This document shows, in pieces, positions 1 to 17,500 of a DNA stretch of 64,000 nt (within the stretch, counting starts at the first letter, position 1; each line of letters opens with the position of its first letter). Made by a program: the position numbers and the translations under genes. Under the pieces are notes generated by a model. That model had not been told where the DNA came from. It saw only the letters and a program-made list of their open reading frames with translations, and searched no databases. Origin of the DNA: Bugula neritina (lineage: Eukaryota; Animalia; Bryozoa); NCBI GenBank assembly GCA_964035545.1, contig OZ037769.1, positions 9,826,633 to 9,890,632 on the forward strand, given 5' to 3'.

Positions 1-3000
1 CAACATACTGCAAAATACTGCATCATACTGAAATACACTGTAACATACTGAAATACCTTGCAACACATTGGAATATACTGCAACATAATGAAATATATGG
101 TAACCTGCTGAAATACGTTGCAAACTACTGAAATATACTGCAACATACTGCAATCTATTGAAATATACTGCAAGATACTGCAACATACTGAGATACACTG
201 TAACATACTGAAATACACTGCAAATTACTGAAATATACTGCAACATACCGAAACATACTGCACAATACTGCAACATATGGAAGTACACTGTAACATACTG
301 AAATACACTGCAACATACTGCAAAATACTGCATCATACTGAAATACACTGTAACATATTGAAATACACTGCAACACATTGAAATATACTGCAACATACTG
401 AAACATACGGCAACATACTGAAATATACTGCGACACAATGAATGTACTGCAACATACCGAAATATGCTGTAGCATACTGAATTACACTGCAACACACTGA
501 AGTATACTGTAATCTACAGAAATGTACTGTAACATACTGAAACATACGTCAACATACTGAAATGTACCTGAAAACATTGAAACGTACTGAAATACACTGT
601 AACATACTGAAATACTTTGCAACATATTGGAATATACTGCAACATGATGAAATATGTTGCAAAGTACTGAAATATACTGCAACATGCCGCAACATGTTGA
701 AATATACTGCAAGATACTGCAACATACTGAAATACACTGTAACATACTGAAATACACTGAAAATTACTGAAATATACTGCAACATACTGAAATATACTGC
801 AAGATACTGCAACATACTGAAATACACTGTAACATACTGAAATACAGTGCAACATCATGAAATATACTGCAAGATACTGAAATATACTGCACGATACTGC
901 AACATATGGAAGTACACTGTAACATACTGAAATACACTGCAACATACTGCAAAATACTGCATCATACTGAAATACACTGTAACATACTGAAATACTTTGC
1001 AGCACATTGGAATATACTGAGACGTACCGAAATATATGGTAAACTACTGAAATATGTTACAAACTACTGAATTATACTGCAACATACTGCAACATAATGA
1101 AATATACTGCAAGATACTGCAACATACTGAGATACACTGTAACATACTGATATACGCTGCAAATTACTGAAACATACTGCAACATACTGAAATATACTGC
1201 AAGATACTGCAACATACTGAAACATACTGCAACAACTTAAAATTTACTGCAAAAAACTGCAACATAATGAAGTACACTGTAACATATTGAAATACACTGC
1301 AACACATTGAAAAATACTGCAACATACTGAAATATGCTGTTGAATACTGAAATACAGTGCAACACACTGACGTATACTATAATATACAGAAATGTACTGT
1401 AAAATACTGAAATATGCATCAACATACTGAAATATACTGCAAGATACTGCAACATACTGAATTACACTGTAACATACTGAAATACTTTGCAACACATTTG
1501 AATATACTGCAACATAATGAAATATATGGTAACCTACTGAAATATGTTGCAAACTACTGAAATATACTGCAACATACTGCAACCTATTGAAATTTACGAA
1601 AGATACTGCAACATACTGAAATACACTGTAACATACTGATATACACTGCAAATTACTGATATATACTGCAACATACTGAAATATACTGCAAGATACTGCA
1701 ACATCCTGAAATACAATGTAAAATACTGAAATACACTGCAACACAGTTGAATATACTGAGACGTACCGAAATATATGGTAAACTACTGAAATATGTTAAA
1801 AACTACTGAATTATACTGCAACATACTGCAACATAATGAAATATACTGCAAGATACTGCAACATACTGAGATACACTGTAACATACTGATATACACTGCA
1901 AATTACTGAAACATACTGCAACATACTGCAATATACTGCAAGATACTGCAACATACTGAAACATACTGCAACAACTTAAAATTTACTGCAAAATACTGCA
2001 ACATAATGAAATACACTGTAACATATTGAAATACACTGCAACACATTGAAAAATACTGCAACATACTGAAATATGCTGTTGAATACTGAAATACAGTGCA
2101 ACACACTGACGTATGCTATAATATACAGAAATGTACTGTAAAATACTGAAATATGCATCAACATACTGAAATATACTGCAAGATACTGCAACATACTGAG
2201 TTACACTGTAACATACTGAAATACAGTGCAACATAATGAAATATACTGCAACATACCGAATAATATTGCACGATACTGCTACATATGGAAGTAGACTGTA
2301 ACATACTGAAATACACTGCAACATCCTGCAAAATACTGCATCACACTGAAATACACTGTAACATATTGAAATACACTGCAACACATTGAAATATACTGCA
2401 ACATACTGAAATATATGGTAACCTACTGAATAATGTTGAAAACTACTGAAATATACTGCAACATACTGCAAGATAATGAAATATACTGCAACATACTGAA
2501 ATACACTGTAACATACTGAAATACACTGCAACATACGGCAACATACTGAAACACACTGTAACATATTGAAATACACTGCAACACATTGAAATATACTGCA
2601 ACATACTGAAATATATGGTAACCTATTGAATAATGTTGAAAACTACTGAAATATACTGCAACATACTGCAAGATAATGAAATATACTGCAACATACTGAA
2701 ATATACTGCAAGATACTGCAACATACTGAAATACACTGTAACATACTGAAATACACTACAACATACTGAAATATACTGAAACATACCGAAATGAACTGCA
2801 CGATACTGCAACATACGGAAGTATACTGTAAAGTGTAACATACTGAAATACACTGTAACATACTGAAATACACTGTAAATTACTGAAATATACTGCAAGA
2901 TACTGCAACATACTGAAATACATTGTAAGATACTGAAAAACACTGCAACATACTGCAACATACTGAAATACAGTGTAACATATTGAAATACACAGCAAAA

Positions 3001-6000
3001 CAATGAAATATTCTGCAACATACTGAAACATACAGCAACATACTGAAATACACTGCGACACATTGAATTCTACTGCAGCATAATGAAATATACTGCAAGA
3101 TACTGCAACATACTGAAATACATTGTAAGGTACTGGAATACAGTGCAACATACTGAAACATACTGCAACATACCGAAATTCACTGGAACATACTGGAATA
3201 AACTGTGACACACTAAAATATTATGCAACATACTGAAAGATACTGCATTATACTGAAATATACTGCGACACAATGAAATATACTGCAAACTACTGAAATA
3301 TACTGCAACATGCCGCAACATGTTGAAATATACTGCAAGATACTGCAACATACTGAGATACACTGTAACATACTGAAATACACTGCAACATACTGCAAAA
3401 TACTGCATCATACTGAAATACACTGTAACATACTGAAATACCTTGCAACACATTGGAATATACTGCAACATAATGAAATATATGGTATCCTGCTGAAATA
3501 TGTTGCAAACTACTGAAATATACTGCAACATACTGCAATCTATTAAAATAGACTGCAAGATACTGCAACATACTGAGATACACTGTAACATACTGAAATA
3601 CACTGCAAATTACTGAAATATACTGCAACATACCGAAACATACTGCACGATACTGCAACATATGGAAGTGCACTGTAACATACTGAAATACACTGCAACA
3701 TACTGCAAAATACTGCATCATACTGAAATACACTGTAACATATTGAAATACACTGCAACACATTGAAATATAATGCAACATACTGAAACATACGGCAACA
3801 TACTGAAATATACTGCGACACAATGAATGTACTGCAACATACTGAAATATGCTGTAGCATACTGAAATACACTGCAACACACTGAAGTATACTGTAATAT
3901 ACAGAAATGTACTGTAACATACTGAAACATACGTCAACATACTGAAATGTACCTGAAAACATTGAAACATACTGAAATACACTGTAACATACTCAAATAC
4001 TTTGCAACACATTGGAATATACTGCAACATGATGAAATATGTTGCTAACTACTGAAATATACTGCAACGTGCCGCAAAATGTTGAAATATACTGCAAGAT
4101 ACTGCAACATACTGAAATACACTGTAACATACTGAAATACACTGAAAATTACTGAAAAATACTGCAACATACTGAAATATACTGCAAGATACTGCAACAT
4201 ACTGAAATACACTGTAACATACTGAAATACAGTGCAACATAATGAAATATACTGCAAGATACCGAAATATGCTGCACGATACTGCAACATATGGAAGTAC
4301 ACTGTAACATACTGAAATACACTGCAACATACTGCAAAATATTGCATCATACTGAAATACACTGTAACATACTGAGATACTTTGCAACACATTGGAATAT
4401 ACTGCAACATACTGAAATACACTGTAACATACTGAAATACACTGAAAATTACTGAGATATACTGCAAGACACTGCAACATACTGAAATACACTGTAACAT
4501 ACTGAAATACACAGCAAATTACTGAAATATACTGCAACATACTGAAATATACTGCAAGATACTGCAACATACTGAAATACAGTGTAACATACTGAAATAC
4601 ACTGCTACACAATTGAATATACTGCAACGTACCGAAATATATGGTAAACTACTGAAATATGTTACAAAATACTGAAATATACTGAAATATACTGCAACAT
4701 ACTAAAATATACTGCAAGATACTGCAACATACTGCAACATACTGAAATACATTGTAAGATACTGAAATACACTGCAATATACTGCAACATACTGAAATAT
4801 ACTGCGACGTATCGAAATATGCTGCAACATACTGAAATACACTGCAAGATACTGCAACATACTGAAATACACTGTAACATACTGAAATACACTACAACAT
4901 ACTGAAATATACTGAAACATACCGAAATATACTGCACGATACTGCAACATACGGAAGTATACTGTAAACTGTAACATACTGAAATACACTGTAACATACT
5001 GAAATACACTGTAAATTACTGAAATATACTGCAAGATACTGCAACATACTGAAATACATTGTAAGATACTGAAAAACACTGCAACATACTGCAACATACT
5101 GAAATACAGTGTAACATATTGAAATACACAGCAAAACAATGAAATATCCTGCAACATACTGAAACATACAGCAACATACTGAAATACACTGCGACACATT
5201 GAATTACACTGCAGCATAATGAACTATACTGCAAGATACTGCAACATACTGAAATACATTGTAAGGTACTGGAATACAGTGCAACATACTGAAACATACT
5301 GCAACATACTGAAATACAGTGTAACATCTTGAAATACACTGCAAAACATTGAAATATACTGCAACATACTGAAACATACGGCAACATAATGAAATATACT
5401 GCGACACATTGAAATATACCGCAACATACTGAAATTCACTGGAACATACTAGAATAAACTGTGACACACTAAAATATTATGCAACACACTGAAAGATACT
5501 GCATTATACTGAAATATACTGCGACACAATGAAATATACTGCAACCTACTGAAATATGCTGTAGCATACTGAAATACACTGCAACACGCTGAAGTATACT
5601 GTAATATACAGAAATGTACTGTAACATACTGAAACATACGTCAACATACTGAAATGTACTGCAACATATTGAAATATACTGCAACACATTGAAATATACT
5701 GCAACATACTGAAATACACTGCACGATACAGCTACATATGGAAGTACACTGTAACGTACTGAAATACACTGTAACATATTGAAATACACTGCAACACATT
5801 GAAATATACTGCAACATACTGAAACATACGGCAACATACTAAAATATACTGCGACACAATGAATGTATTGCAACATACTGAAATATGCTGTAGCATACTG
5901 GAATACACTGCAACACACTGAAGTCTACTGTAATATACAGAAATGTACTGTAACATACTGAAACATACAACAACATACTGAAATTTACTGCAACATACTG

Positions 6001-9000
6001 AAATATACTGCAACATACTGAAATACACTGTAACATACTGAAATACACTGCAACATACGGCAACATACTGAAACACACTGTAACATATTGAAATACACTG
6101 CAACACATTGAAATATACTGCAACATACTGAAACATATGGTAACCTACTGAATAATGTTGAAAACTACTGAAATATACTGCAACATACTGCACGATAATG
6201 AAACATACTGCAACATACTGAAAGATACTGCAAGATACTGCAACATACTGAAATACACTGTAACATACTGAAATACACTACAACATACTGAAATATACTG
6301 AAACATACCGAAATATACTGCACGATACTGCAACATACGGAAGTATACTGTAAACTGTAACATACTGAAATACACCGTAACATACTGAAATACACTATAA
6401 ATTACTGAAATATACTGCAAGATACTGCAACATACTGAAATACATTGTAAGATACTGAAAAACACTGCAACATACTGCAACATACCGAAATTCACTGGAA
6501 CATACTGGAATAAACTGTGACACACTAAAATATTATGCAACATACTGAAAGATACTGCATTATACTGAAATATACTGCGACACAATGAAATATACTGCAA
6601 ACTACTGAAATATACTGCAACATGCCGCAACATGTTGAAATATACTGCAAGATACTGCAACATACTGAGATACAATGTAACATACTGAAATACACTGCAA
6701 CATACTGCAAAATACTGCATCATACTGAAATACACTGTAACATACTGAAATACCTTGCAACACATTGGAATATACTGCAACATAATGAAATATATGGTAT
6801 CCTGCTGAAATATGTTGCAAACTACTGAAATATACTGCAACATACTGCAATCTATTAAAATAGACTGCAAGATACTGCAACATACTGAGATACACTGTAA
6901 CATACTGAAATACACTGCAAATTACTGAAATATACTGCAACATACCGAAACATACTGCACGATACTGCAACATATGGAAGTGCACTGTAACATACTGAAA
7001 TACACTGCAACATACTGCAAAATACTGCATCATACTGAAATACACTGTAACATATTGAAATACACTGCAACACATTGAAATATACTGCAACATACTGAAA
7101 CATACGGCAACATACTGAAATATACTGCGACACAATGAATGTACTGCAACATACTGAAATATGCTGTAGCATACTGAAATACACTGCAACACACTGAAGT
7201 ATACTGTAATATACAGAAATGTACTGTAACATACTGAAACATACGTCAACATACTGAAATGTACCTGAAAACATTGAAACATACTGAAATACACTGTAAC
7301 ATACTCAAATACTTTGCAACACATTGGAATATACTGCAACATGATGAAATATGTTGCTAACTACTGAAATATACTGCAACGTGCCGCAAAATGTTGAAAT
7401 ATACTGCAAGATACTGCAACATACTGAAATACACTGTAACATACTGAAATACACTGAAAATTACTGAAAAATACTGCAACATACTGAAATATACTGCAAG
7501 ATACTGCAACATACTGAAATACACTGTAACATACTGAAATACAGTGCAACATAATGAAATATACTGCAAGATACCGAAATATGCTGCACGATACTGCAAC
7601 ATATGGAAGTACACTGTAACATACTGAAATACACTGCAACATACTGCAAAATATTGCATCATACTGAAATACACTGTAACATACTGAGATACTTTGCAAC
7701 ACATTGGAATATACTGCAACATACTGAAATACACTGTAACATACTGAAATACACTGAAAATTACTGAGATATACTGCAAGACACTGCAACATACTGAAAT
7801 ACACTGTAACATACTGAAATACACAGCAAATTACTGAAATATACTGCAACATACTGAAATATACTGCAAGATACTGCAACATACTGAAATACAGTGTAAC
7901 ATACTGAAATACACTGCTACACAATTGAATATACTGCAACGTACCGAAATATATGGTAAACTACTGAAATATGTTACAAAATACTGAAATATACTGAAAT
8001 ATACTGCAACATACTAAAATATACTGCAAGATACTGCAACATACTGCAACATACTGAAATACATTGTAAGATACTGAAATACACTGCAATATACTGCAAC
8101 ATACTGAAATATACTGCGACGTATCGAAATATGCTGCAACATACTGAAATACACTGCAAGATACTGCAACATACTGAAATACACTGTAACATACTGAAAT
8201 ACACTACAACATACTGAAATATACTGAAACATACCGAAATATACTGCACGATACTGCAACATACGGAAGTATACTGTAAACTGTAACATACTGAAATACA
8301 CTGTAACATACTGAAATACACTGTAAATTACTGAAATATACTGCAAGATACTGCAACATACTGAAATACATTGTAAGGTACTGGAATACAGTGCAACATA
8401 CTGAAACATACTGCAACATACTGAAATACACTGTAACATCTTGAAATACACTGCAAAACATTGAAATATACTGCAACATACTGAAACATACGGCAACATA
8501 ATGAAATATACTGCGACACATTGAAATATACCGCAACATACTGAAATTCACTGGAACATACTAGAATAAACTGTGACACACTAAAATATTATGCAACACA
8601 CTGAAAGATACTGCATTATACTGAAATATACTGCGACACAATGAAATATACTGCAACCTACTGAAATATGCTGTAGCATACTGAAATACACTGCAACACA
8701 CTGAAGTATACTGTAATATACAGAAATGTACTGTAACATACTGAAACATACGTCAACATACTGAAATGTACTGCAACATATTGAAATATACTGCAACACA
8801 TTGAAATATACTGCAACATACTGAAATACACTGCACGATACAGCTACATATGGAAGTACACTGTAACGTACTGAAATACACTGTAACATATTGAAATACA
8901 CTGCAACACATTGAAATATACTGCAACATACTGAAACATACGGCAACATACTAAAATATACTGCGACACAATGAATGTATTGCAACATACTGAAATATGC

Positions 9001-12000
9001 TGTAGCATACTGGAATACACTGCAACACACTGAAGTCTACTGTAATATACAGAAATGTACTGTAACATACTGAAACATACAACAACATACTGAAATTTAC
9101 TGCAACATACTGAAATATACTGCAACATACTGAAATACACTGTAACATACTGAAATACACTGCAACATACGGCAACATACTGAAACACACTGTAACATAT
9201 TGAAATACACTGCAACACATTGAAATATACTGCAACATACTGAAACATATGGTAACCTACTGAATAATGTTGAAAACTACTGAAATATACTGCAACATAC
9301 TGCACGATAATGAAACATACTGCAACATACTGAAAGATACTGCAAGATACTGCAACATACTGAAATACACTGTAACATACTGAAATACACTACAACATAC
9401 TGAAATATACTGAAACATACCGAAATATACTGCACGATACTGCAACATACGGAAGTATACTGTAAACTGTAACATACTGAAATACACCGTAACATACTGA
9501 AATACACTATAAATTACTGAAATATACTGCAAGATACTGCAACATACTGAAATACATTGTAAGATACTGAAAAACACTGCAACATACTGCAACATACTGA
9601 AATACAGTGTAACATATTGAAATACACAGCAAAACAATGAAATATTCTGCAACATACTGAAACATACAGCAACATACTGAAATACACTGTAAGGTACTGA
9701 AATACACTGAAAATTGCTGAAATATACTGCAACATACTGAATTATACTGCAGCATAATGAAATATACTGCAAGATACTGCAACATACTGAAATACATTGT
9801 AAGGTACTGGAATACAGTGCAACATACTGAAACATACTGCAACATACTGAAATACACTGTAACATCTTGAAATACACTGCAAAACATTGAAATATACTGC
9901 AACATACTGAAACATACGGCAACATAATGAAATATACTGCGACACATTGAAATATACCGCAACATACTGAAATTCACTGGAACATACTGGAATAAACTGT
10001 GACACACTAAAATATTATGCAACATACTGAAAGATACTGCATTATACTGAAATATACTGCGACACAATGAAATATGCTGGAACCTACTGAATTATGCTGT
10101 AGCATACTGAAATACACTGCAACACACTGAAGTATACTGTAATATACAGAAATGTACTGTAACATACTGAAACATACGTCAACATACTGAAATGTACTGC
10201 AACTTATTGAAATATACTGCAACACATTGAAATATACTGCAACATACTGAAATATGCTGTAGCATACTGAAATACACAGCAACATGCTGACGTATACTAT
10301 AATATACAGAAATGTAACGTAAAATACTGAAATATACTTCAACATACTGAAATGTACCTGAAAACATTGAAACATACTGAAATACACTGTAACATACTGA
10401 ATTACTTTGCAACACATTGGAATATACTGCAACATGATGAAATATGTTGCAAACAACTGAAATATACTGCAACATGCCGCAACATGTTGAAATATACTGC
10501 AAGATACTGCAACATACTGAGATACACTGTAACATACTGAAATACACTGCAACATACTGCAAAATACTGCATCATACTGAAATACACTGTAACATACTGA
10601 AATACCTTGCAACACATTGGAATATACTGCAACATAATGAAATATATGGTAACCTGCTGAAATACGTTGCAAACTACTGAGATATACTGCAACATACTGC
10701 AATCTATTGAAATATACTGCAAGATACTGCAACATACTGAGATACACTGTGACATACTGAAATACACTGCAAATTACTGAAATATACTGCAACATACCGA
10801 AACATACTGCACGATACTGCAACATATGGAAGTACACTGTAACATACTGAAATACACTGCAACATACTGCAAAATACTGCATCATACTGAAATACACTGT
10901 AACATATTGAAATACACTGCAACACATTGAAATATACTGCAACATACTGAAACATACGGCAACATACTGAAATATACTGCGACACAATGAATGTACTGCA
11001 ACATACCGAAATATGCTGTAGCATACTGAAATACACTGCAACACACTGAAGTATACTGTAATCTACAGATATTTACTGTAACATACTGAAACATACGTCA
11101 ACATACTGAAATGTACCTGAAAACATTGAAACGTACTGAAATACACTGTAACATACTGAAATACTTTGCAACATAATGGAATATACTGCAACATGATGAA
11201 ATATGTTGCAAACTACTGAAATATACTGCAACATGCCGCAACATCTTGAAATATACTGCAAGATACTGCAACATACTGAAATACACTGTAACATACTGAA
11301 ATACACTGAAAATTACTGAAATATACTGCAACATACTGAAATATACTGCAAGATACTGCAACATACTGAAATACACTGTAACATACTGAAATACAGTGCA
11401 ACATAATGAAATATACTGCAAGATACTGAAATATACTGCACGATACTGCAACATATGGAAGTACACTGTAACATACTGAAATACACTGCAACATACTGCA
11501 AAATACTGCATCATACTGAAATACACTGTAACATACTGAAATACTTTGCAGCACATTGGAATATACTGCAACATAATGAAATATATGGTAACCTACTTAA
11601 ATATGTTGCAAACTACCGAAATATACTGCATCATACTGCAACCTATTGAAATATACTGCAAGAAACTGCAACATACTGAAATACATTGTAATATACTGCA
11701 ACATACTGAAACATACGGCAACATACTGAAATATACTGCGACGCATCGAAATATACTGCAACATACTGAAATATACTGCAACAACTTAAAGATTACTGCA
11801 AAATACTGCAACATAATGAAATACACTGTAACATACTGAAATACACTGCAACACACTGACGTATACTATAGTATACAGAAATGTACTGTAAAATACTGAA
11901 ATATACATCAACATACTGAAATATACTGCCAGATACTGCAACATACTGAAATACGCTGTAACATACTGAAATACACTGCAACATACTGCAAAATACTGCA

Positions 12001-14562
12001 TCATACTGAAATACACTGTAACATACTGAAATACTTGGCAACACATTGGAATATACTGCAACATAATGAAATATGTGGCAAACTACTGAAATATACTGCA
12101 ACACACCGCAACATATTGAAATATACTGCAAGATACTGCAACATACTGAAATACACTGTAACATACTGAAATACACTGAAACTTACTGAAATATACTGCA
12201 ACATACTGAAATATACTGCAAGATACTGCACCATACTGAAATACACTGTAACATACTGAAATACAGTGCAACATAATGTAATACACTGCGAGATACCGAA
12301 ATATACTGCACGATACTGCAACATATGGAAGTACACTGTTACATACTGAAATACGCTGCAACATACTGCAAAATACTGCATCATACTGAAATACACTGTA
12401 ACATACTGAAAAACTTTGCAACACATTGGAATATACTGCAACATACTGAAATACACTGTAACATACTGAAATACACTGAAAATTACTGAAATATACTGCA
12501 ACATACTGAAATATGCTGCAAGATACTGCAACATACTGAAATACAGTGTAACATACTGAAATACACTGCTACACAGTTGAATATACTGCAACGTACCGAA
12601 ATATATGGTAAACTCCTGAAATATGGTACAAAATACTGAAATATACTGAAATATACTGCAACATACTGAAATATACTGCAAGATACTGCAACATACTACA
12701 ACATACTGAAATACATTGTAAGATACTGAAATACACTGCAATATACTGCAACATACTGAAACATACGGCAACATACTGAAATATACTGCGACGCATCGAA
12801 ATATGCTGCAACATACTGAAATATACTGCAACAACTTAAAAAATACTGCAAAATACTGCAACATAATGAAATACACTGTGACATCTTGAAATACACTGCA
12901 ACACATTGAAATATACTGCAACATACTGAAATATGCTGTAGCATACTGAAATAGACTGCAACACACTGACGTATACTATAATATACAGAAATGTACTGTA
13001 AAATACTGAAATATACATCAACATACTGAAATATACTGCAAGATACTGCAACATACTGAAGTGCACTGTAACATACTGAAATACAGTCCAACATAATGAA
13101 CTATACTGCAACATACCGAAATACACTGCACGATACTGCTACCTATGGAAGTACACTGTATTGTACTGAAATACACTGTAACATATTGAAATACACTGCA
13201 ACACATTGAAATATACTGCAACATACTGAAACATACGGCAACATACTGAAATATACTGCGACACAATGAATGTATTGCAACATACTGAAATATGCTGTAG
13301 CATACTGAAATACACTGCAACACACTGAAGTATACTGTAATATGCAGAAATGTACTGTAACATACTGAAACATACAACAACATACTGAAATTTACTGCAA
13401 CATACTGAAATACACTGTAACATACTGAAATACACTGCAACATACGGCAACATACTGAAACACACTGTAACATATTGAAATACACGGCAACACATTGAAA
13501 TATACTGCAACATACTGAAATATATGGTAACCTACTGAATAATGTTGAAAACTACTGAAATATACTGCAACATACTGCACGATAATGAAATATACTGCAA
13601 CATACTGAAATATACTGCAAGATACTGCAACATACTGAAATACACTGTAACATACTGAAATACACTACAACATGCTGAAATATACTGAAACATACCGAAA
13701 TATACTGCACGATACTGCAACATACGGAAGTATACTGTAAACTGTAACATACTGAAATACACTGTAACATACTGAAATACACTGTGAATTGCTGAAATAT
13801 ACTGCAAGATACTGCAACATACTGAAATACATTGTAAGATACTGAAAAACACTGCAACATACTGCAACATACTGAAATACAGTGTAACATATTGAAATAC
13901 ACAGCAAAACAATGAAATATTCTGCAACATACTGAAACATACAGCAACATACTGAAATACACTGCGACACATTGAATTATACTGCAGCATAATGAAATAT
14001 ACTGCAAGATACTGCAACATACTGAAATACATTGTAAGGTACTGGAATACAGTGCAACATACTGAAACATACTGCAACATACTGAAATACACTGTAACAT
14101 CTTGAAATACACTGCAAAACATTGAAATATACTGCAACATACTGAAACATACGGCAACATAATGAAATATACTGCGACACATTGAAATATACTGCAACAT
14201 ACTGAAATTCACTGGAACATACTGGAATAAACTGTGACACACTAAAATATTATGCAACATACTGAAAGATACTGCATTATACTGAAATATACTGCGACAC
14301 AATGAAATATACTGCAAGATACTGCAACATACTGAAGTACACTGTAACATACTGAAATACTTTGCAACACATTGGAATATCCTGCAACATGATGAAATAT
14401 GTTGCAAACTATTGAAATATATACTGCAACATACTGCAACATACTGAGATACACTGTAACATACTGAAATGCACTGTAAATTACTGAAATATACTGCAAC
14501 ATACTGAAATATACTGCAAGATACTGCAACATACTGAAATACATTGTAAGATACTGAAATAC
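1..14562 (+). repeat. Sat1: 10-bp-period satellite (ATACTGCAAC / ATACTGAAAT / ACACTGTAAC variants) with kb-scale higher-order duplications; continues beyond window start
   Basis: Continuous decamer tandem array. Recurring ORF-track translations give block offsets of 739, 3312/3112 and 10549 bp. Confidence 0.99.
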
Positions 14563-17500
14563 ATGTCAAAATGAGCTAAAACATGCCTTAATACGCTAAA
14601 TTGATCCAAATATACAACTAGTACTAATGAGTGCCCAGAGGTTCTGAAACGTGCCCAATAGTGCTAATAGTAGAATTACTGTGCTCAACAGTGCCCAAGT
14701 GTGCTAAATTGAGGCAAATATGCTAATAGTACCAATAAGTGCTCAGAAGTTCTGAACCGCACCCAATAGTGCTACAAACAAAACAAATGTGCTTAACAGT
14801 GCCCAAATGTGCTAAAACATGCCAAAATGTGCTAAGACATGCCCAAATGTGCCAAATTGAGCCAAATATGCGAATAGTACCAATAAGTGCTCAGAAGTTC
14901 TGAACCGCACCCAATAGTGCTACAAACAAAACAAATGTGCTTAACAGTGCCCAAATGTGGTAAAACTTGCCCTAATGTGCTAAATTGAGTCAAATGTGCT
15001 AATAGTACCAATAAGTGCTCAGAAATTCTGAACCGCACCCAATAGTGCTACAAACAAAACAACTGTGCTTAACAGTGCCCAAATAAGCTGAAACATGCCC
15101 TAATGTGCTAAATCGAGCCAAATATACTACTAGTACCAATAAGTACCCAGAGGTTCTGAAACGCGCCCAATAGTGCTAATAGTTGAAATACTGTGCTGAA
15201 CAGTGCCCAAATGTGCTAAAACATGCCAAAATGTGCTAAATTATGCCCAATGCGCTAATAGTACCAATGAGTGCCCAGAAGTACTGAACCGCACCCAATA
15301 GTGCTACAAACAAAACAAATGTGCTTAACAGTGCCCAAATGTGGTAAAACTTGCCCTAATGTGCTAAATTGAGTCAAATGTGCTAATAGTACCAATAAGT
15401 GCTCAGAAATTCTGAACCGCACCCAATAGTGCTACAAACAAAACAACTGTGCTTAACAGTGCCCAAATAAGCTGAAACATGCCCTAATGTGCTAAATCGA
15501 GCCAAATATACTACTAGTACCAATAAGTACCCAGAGGTTCTGAAACGCGCCCAATAGTGCTAATAGTTGAAATACTGTGCTGAACAGTGCCCAAATGTGC
15601 TAAAACATGCCAAAATGTGCTAAATTATGCCCAATGCGCTAATGGTACCAATGAGTGCCCAGAAGTACTGAAACGCACCCAATAGTGCTACAAACAGAAC
15701 AAATGTGCTTAACAGTGCCCAAATGTGGTAAAACATGCCCTAATGTGCTAAATTGGGCGAAATATGCTAATTGTACAAATAAGTGCCCAGAAGTTCTGAA
15801 ACACTCCCAATAGTTCTACAAACAGAACAAATGTCCTTAACAGCTCCCAAATGTGCTAAAACATGCCCCAATATGCTCAATTGAGCCAAGTACACTATTG
15901 GTACCCAAAAGTGCCCAGAGGTCGGGAAACACGCCCAATAGTGCTGATAGTCGAACTACTCCACAAAACAGTGCCCAAATGTGCTAAAATATGCCCAAAT
16001 GTGCTAAAACTTGCCAAACTGTGCTAAAACATGCCAAAATTTGCTAAAACATGCCCAAATATGCTGCTAAATTAAGCTTAATATGCTAATAGTACCAATG
16101 AGTGCCAGAAGTACTGAAACGCACTCTATGGTGCTACAAACAGAACAAATGTGCTTAACAGTGCCAAATGTGCTAAAACATGCCCCAATGTGCTAAATTG
16201 AGCCAAATATGCTAATTGTACCAATAAGTGCCCAGAAGTTCTGAAACGCACCTGATAGTGATACAAACAGAACAAATGTCCTTAACAGCTCCCAAATGTG
16301 CTAAAACATGCCCTAATATGCTCAATTGAGCCAAGTACACTACTGGTACCCGAAAGTGCCTAGAGGTTCTGAGACACGCCCAATACTGCTAATAGTCGAA
16401 CTACTGCGCAAAACAGTGCCCAAATGTGCTAAAACATGCCCAAATGTGCTAAATTGAGCCAAATATGCTAATAGTACCAATAACTGCCCAGAAGTACTGA
16501 AACGCACACAATAGTGCTACAATTAGAACAAATGTGCTTAACATTCCCCAAATGTGCTAAAACATGCCAAAATGTGCTAAAACATGCCCAAATGTGCTAA
16601 AACATGCCCAAATGCGCTAAATTGAGCCAAATATGCTAATAGCACCAATAAGCGCCCAGAAGTACTGATTCGCACCCAATAGTGCTACAAACAGAACGAA
16701 TGTGATTAACAGTGCCCAAATGTGGTGAAACATGCCCTAATGAGCTAAATTGAGCCAAATATGCTAATTATACCAATAAGTGCCCAGAAGTTCTGAAACG
16801 CACCCAATAGTGCTACAAACAGAACAAATGTGCTTAACAGTGCCCAAATGTGCTAAAACGTGCCCGAATGTGCTAAATTGAGCCAAATATGCTAATAGTA
16901 CCAATAAGTGTCCAGAAGTTCTGAAACGCGCCCAATAGTGCTAATAGTAGAACTACTGTGCTGAAAAATGCCCAAATGTGCTGAGACATGTCAAAATGTA
17001 CTAAAACATGCCCTAATGTCCTGAATTGAGCCAAAAATACTACTAGTAACTTTGAGTGCCTAGAGGTTTTTTGAAATGCGCCCAACAGTGCTAATAGTAG
17101 AACTACTGTGCTGAACAGTGCCAAAATGTGCTAAATTGAGCCAAATATGCTAATAGTACCAATAAGTGCCCAGGAGTACTGAAACGCACTCAATAGTGCT
17201 ACAAACAGAACAAATGTGCTCAACAGTGCCCAAATGTGCTAAAACATGCCAAAATGTGCTAAAACATGCCCTAATGTGCTAAATTGATCCAAATTTACTC
17301 CTAGTACTAATGAGTGCCTAGATGTTCTGAAACGTGCCCAATAGTGCTAATAGTAGAGCTACTGTGCTCACCAGTGCCCAAATGTGCTAAAACATGCCCA
17401 AATGTGCTAAAACATGCCCAAATGTGCTAAAACATGCCCAAATGTGCTAAGTTGAGCCAAATATGCTATTAGTACCCATAAGTGCCCAGAAGTACTGAAA

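Noticed and set aside
155-14569. Dozens of C/S/V/F/Q/Y-rich ORFs on the minus strand
   Set aside because: They are translations of the 10-bp satellite, open in all three frames because that strand is poor in stop codons.
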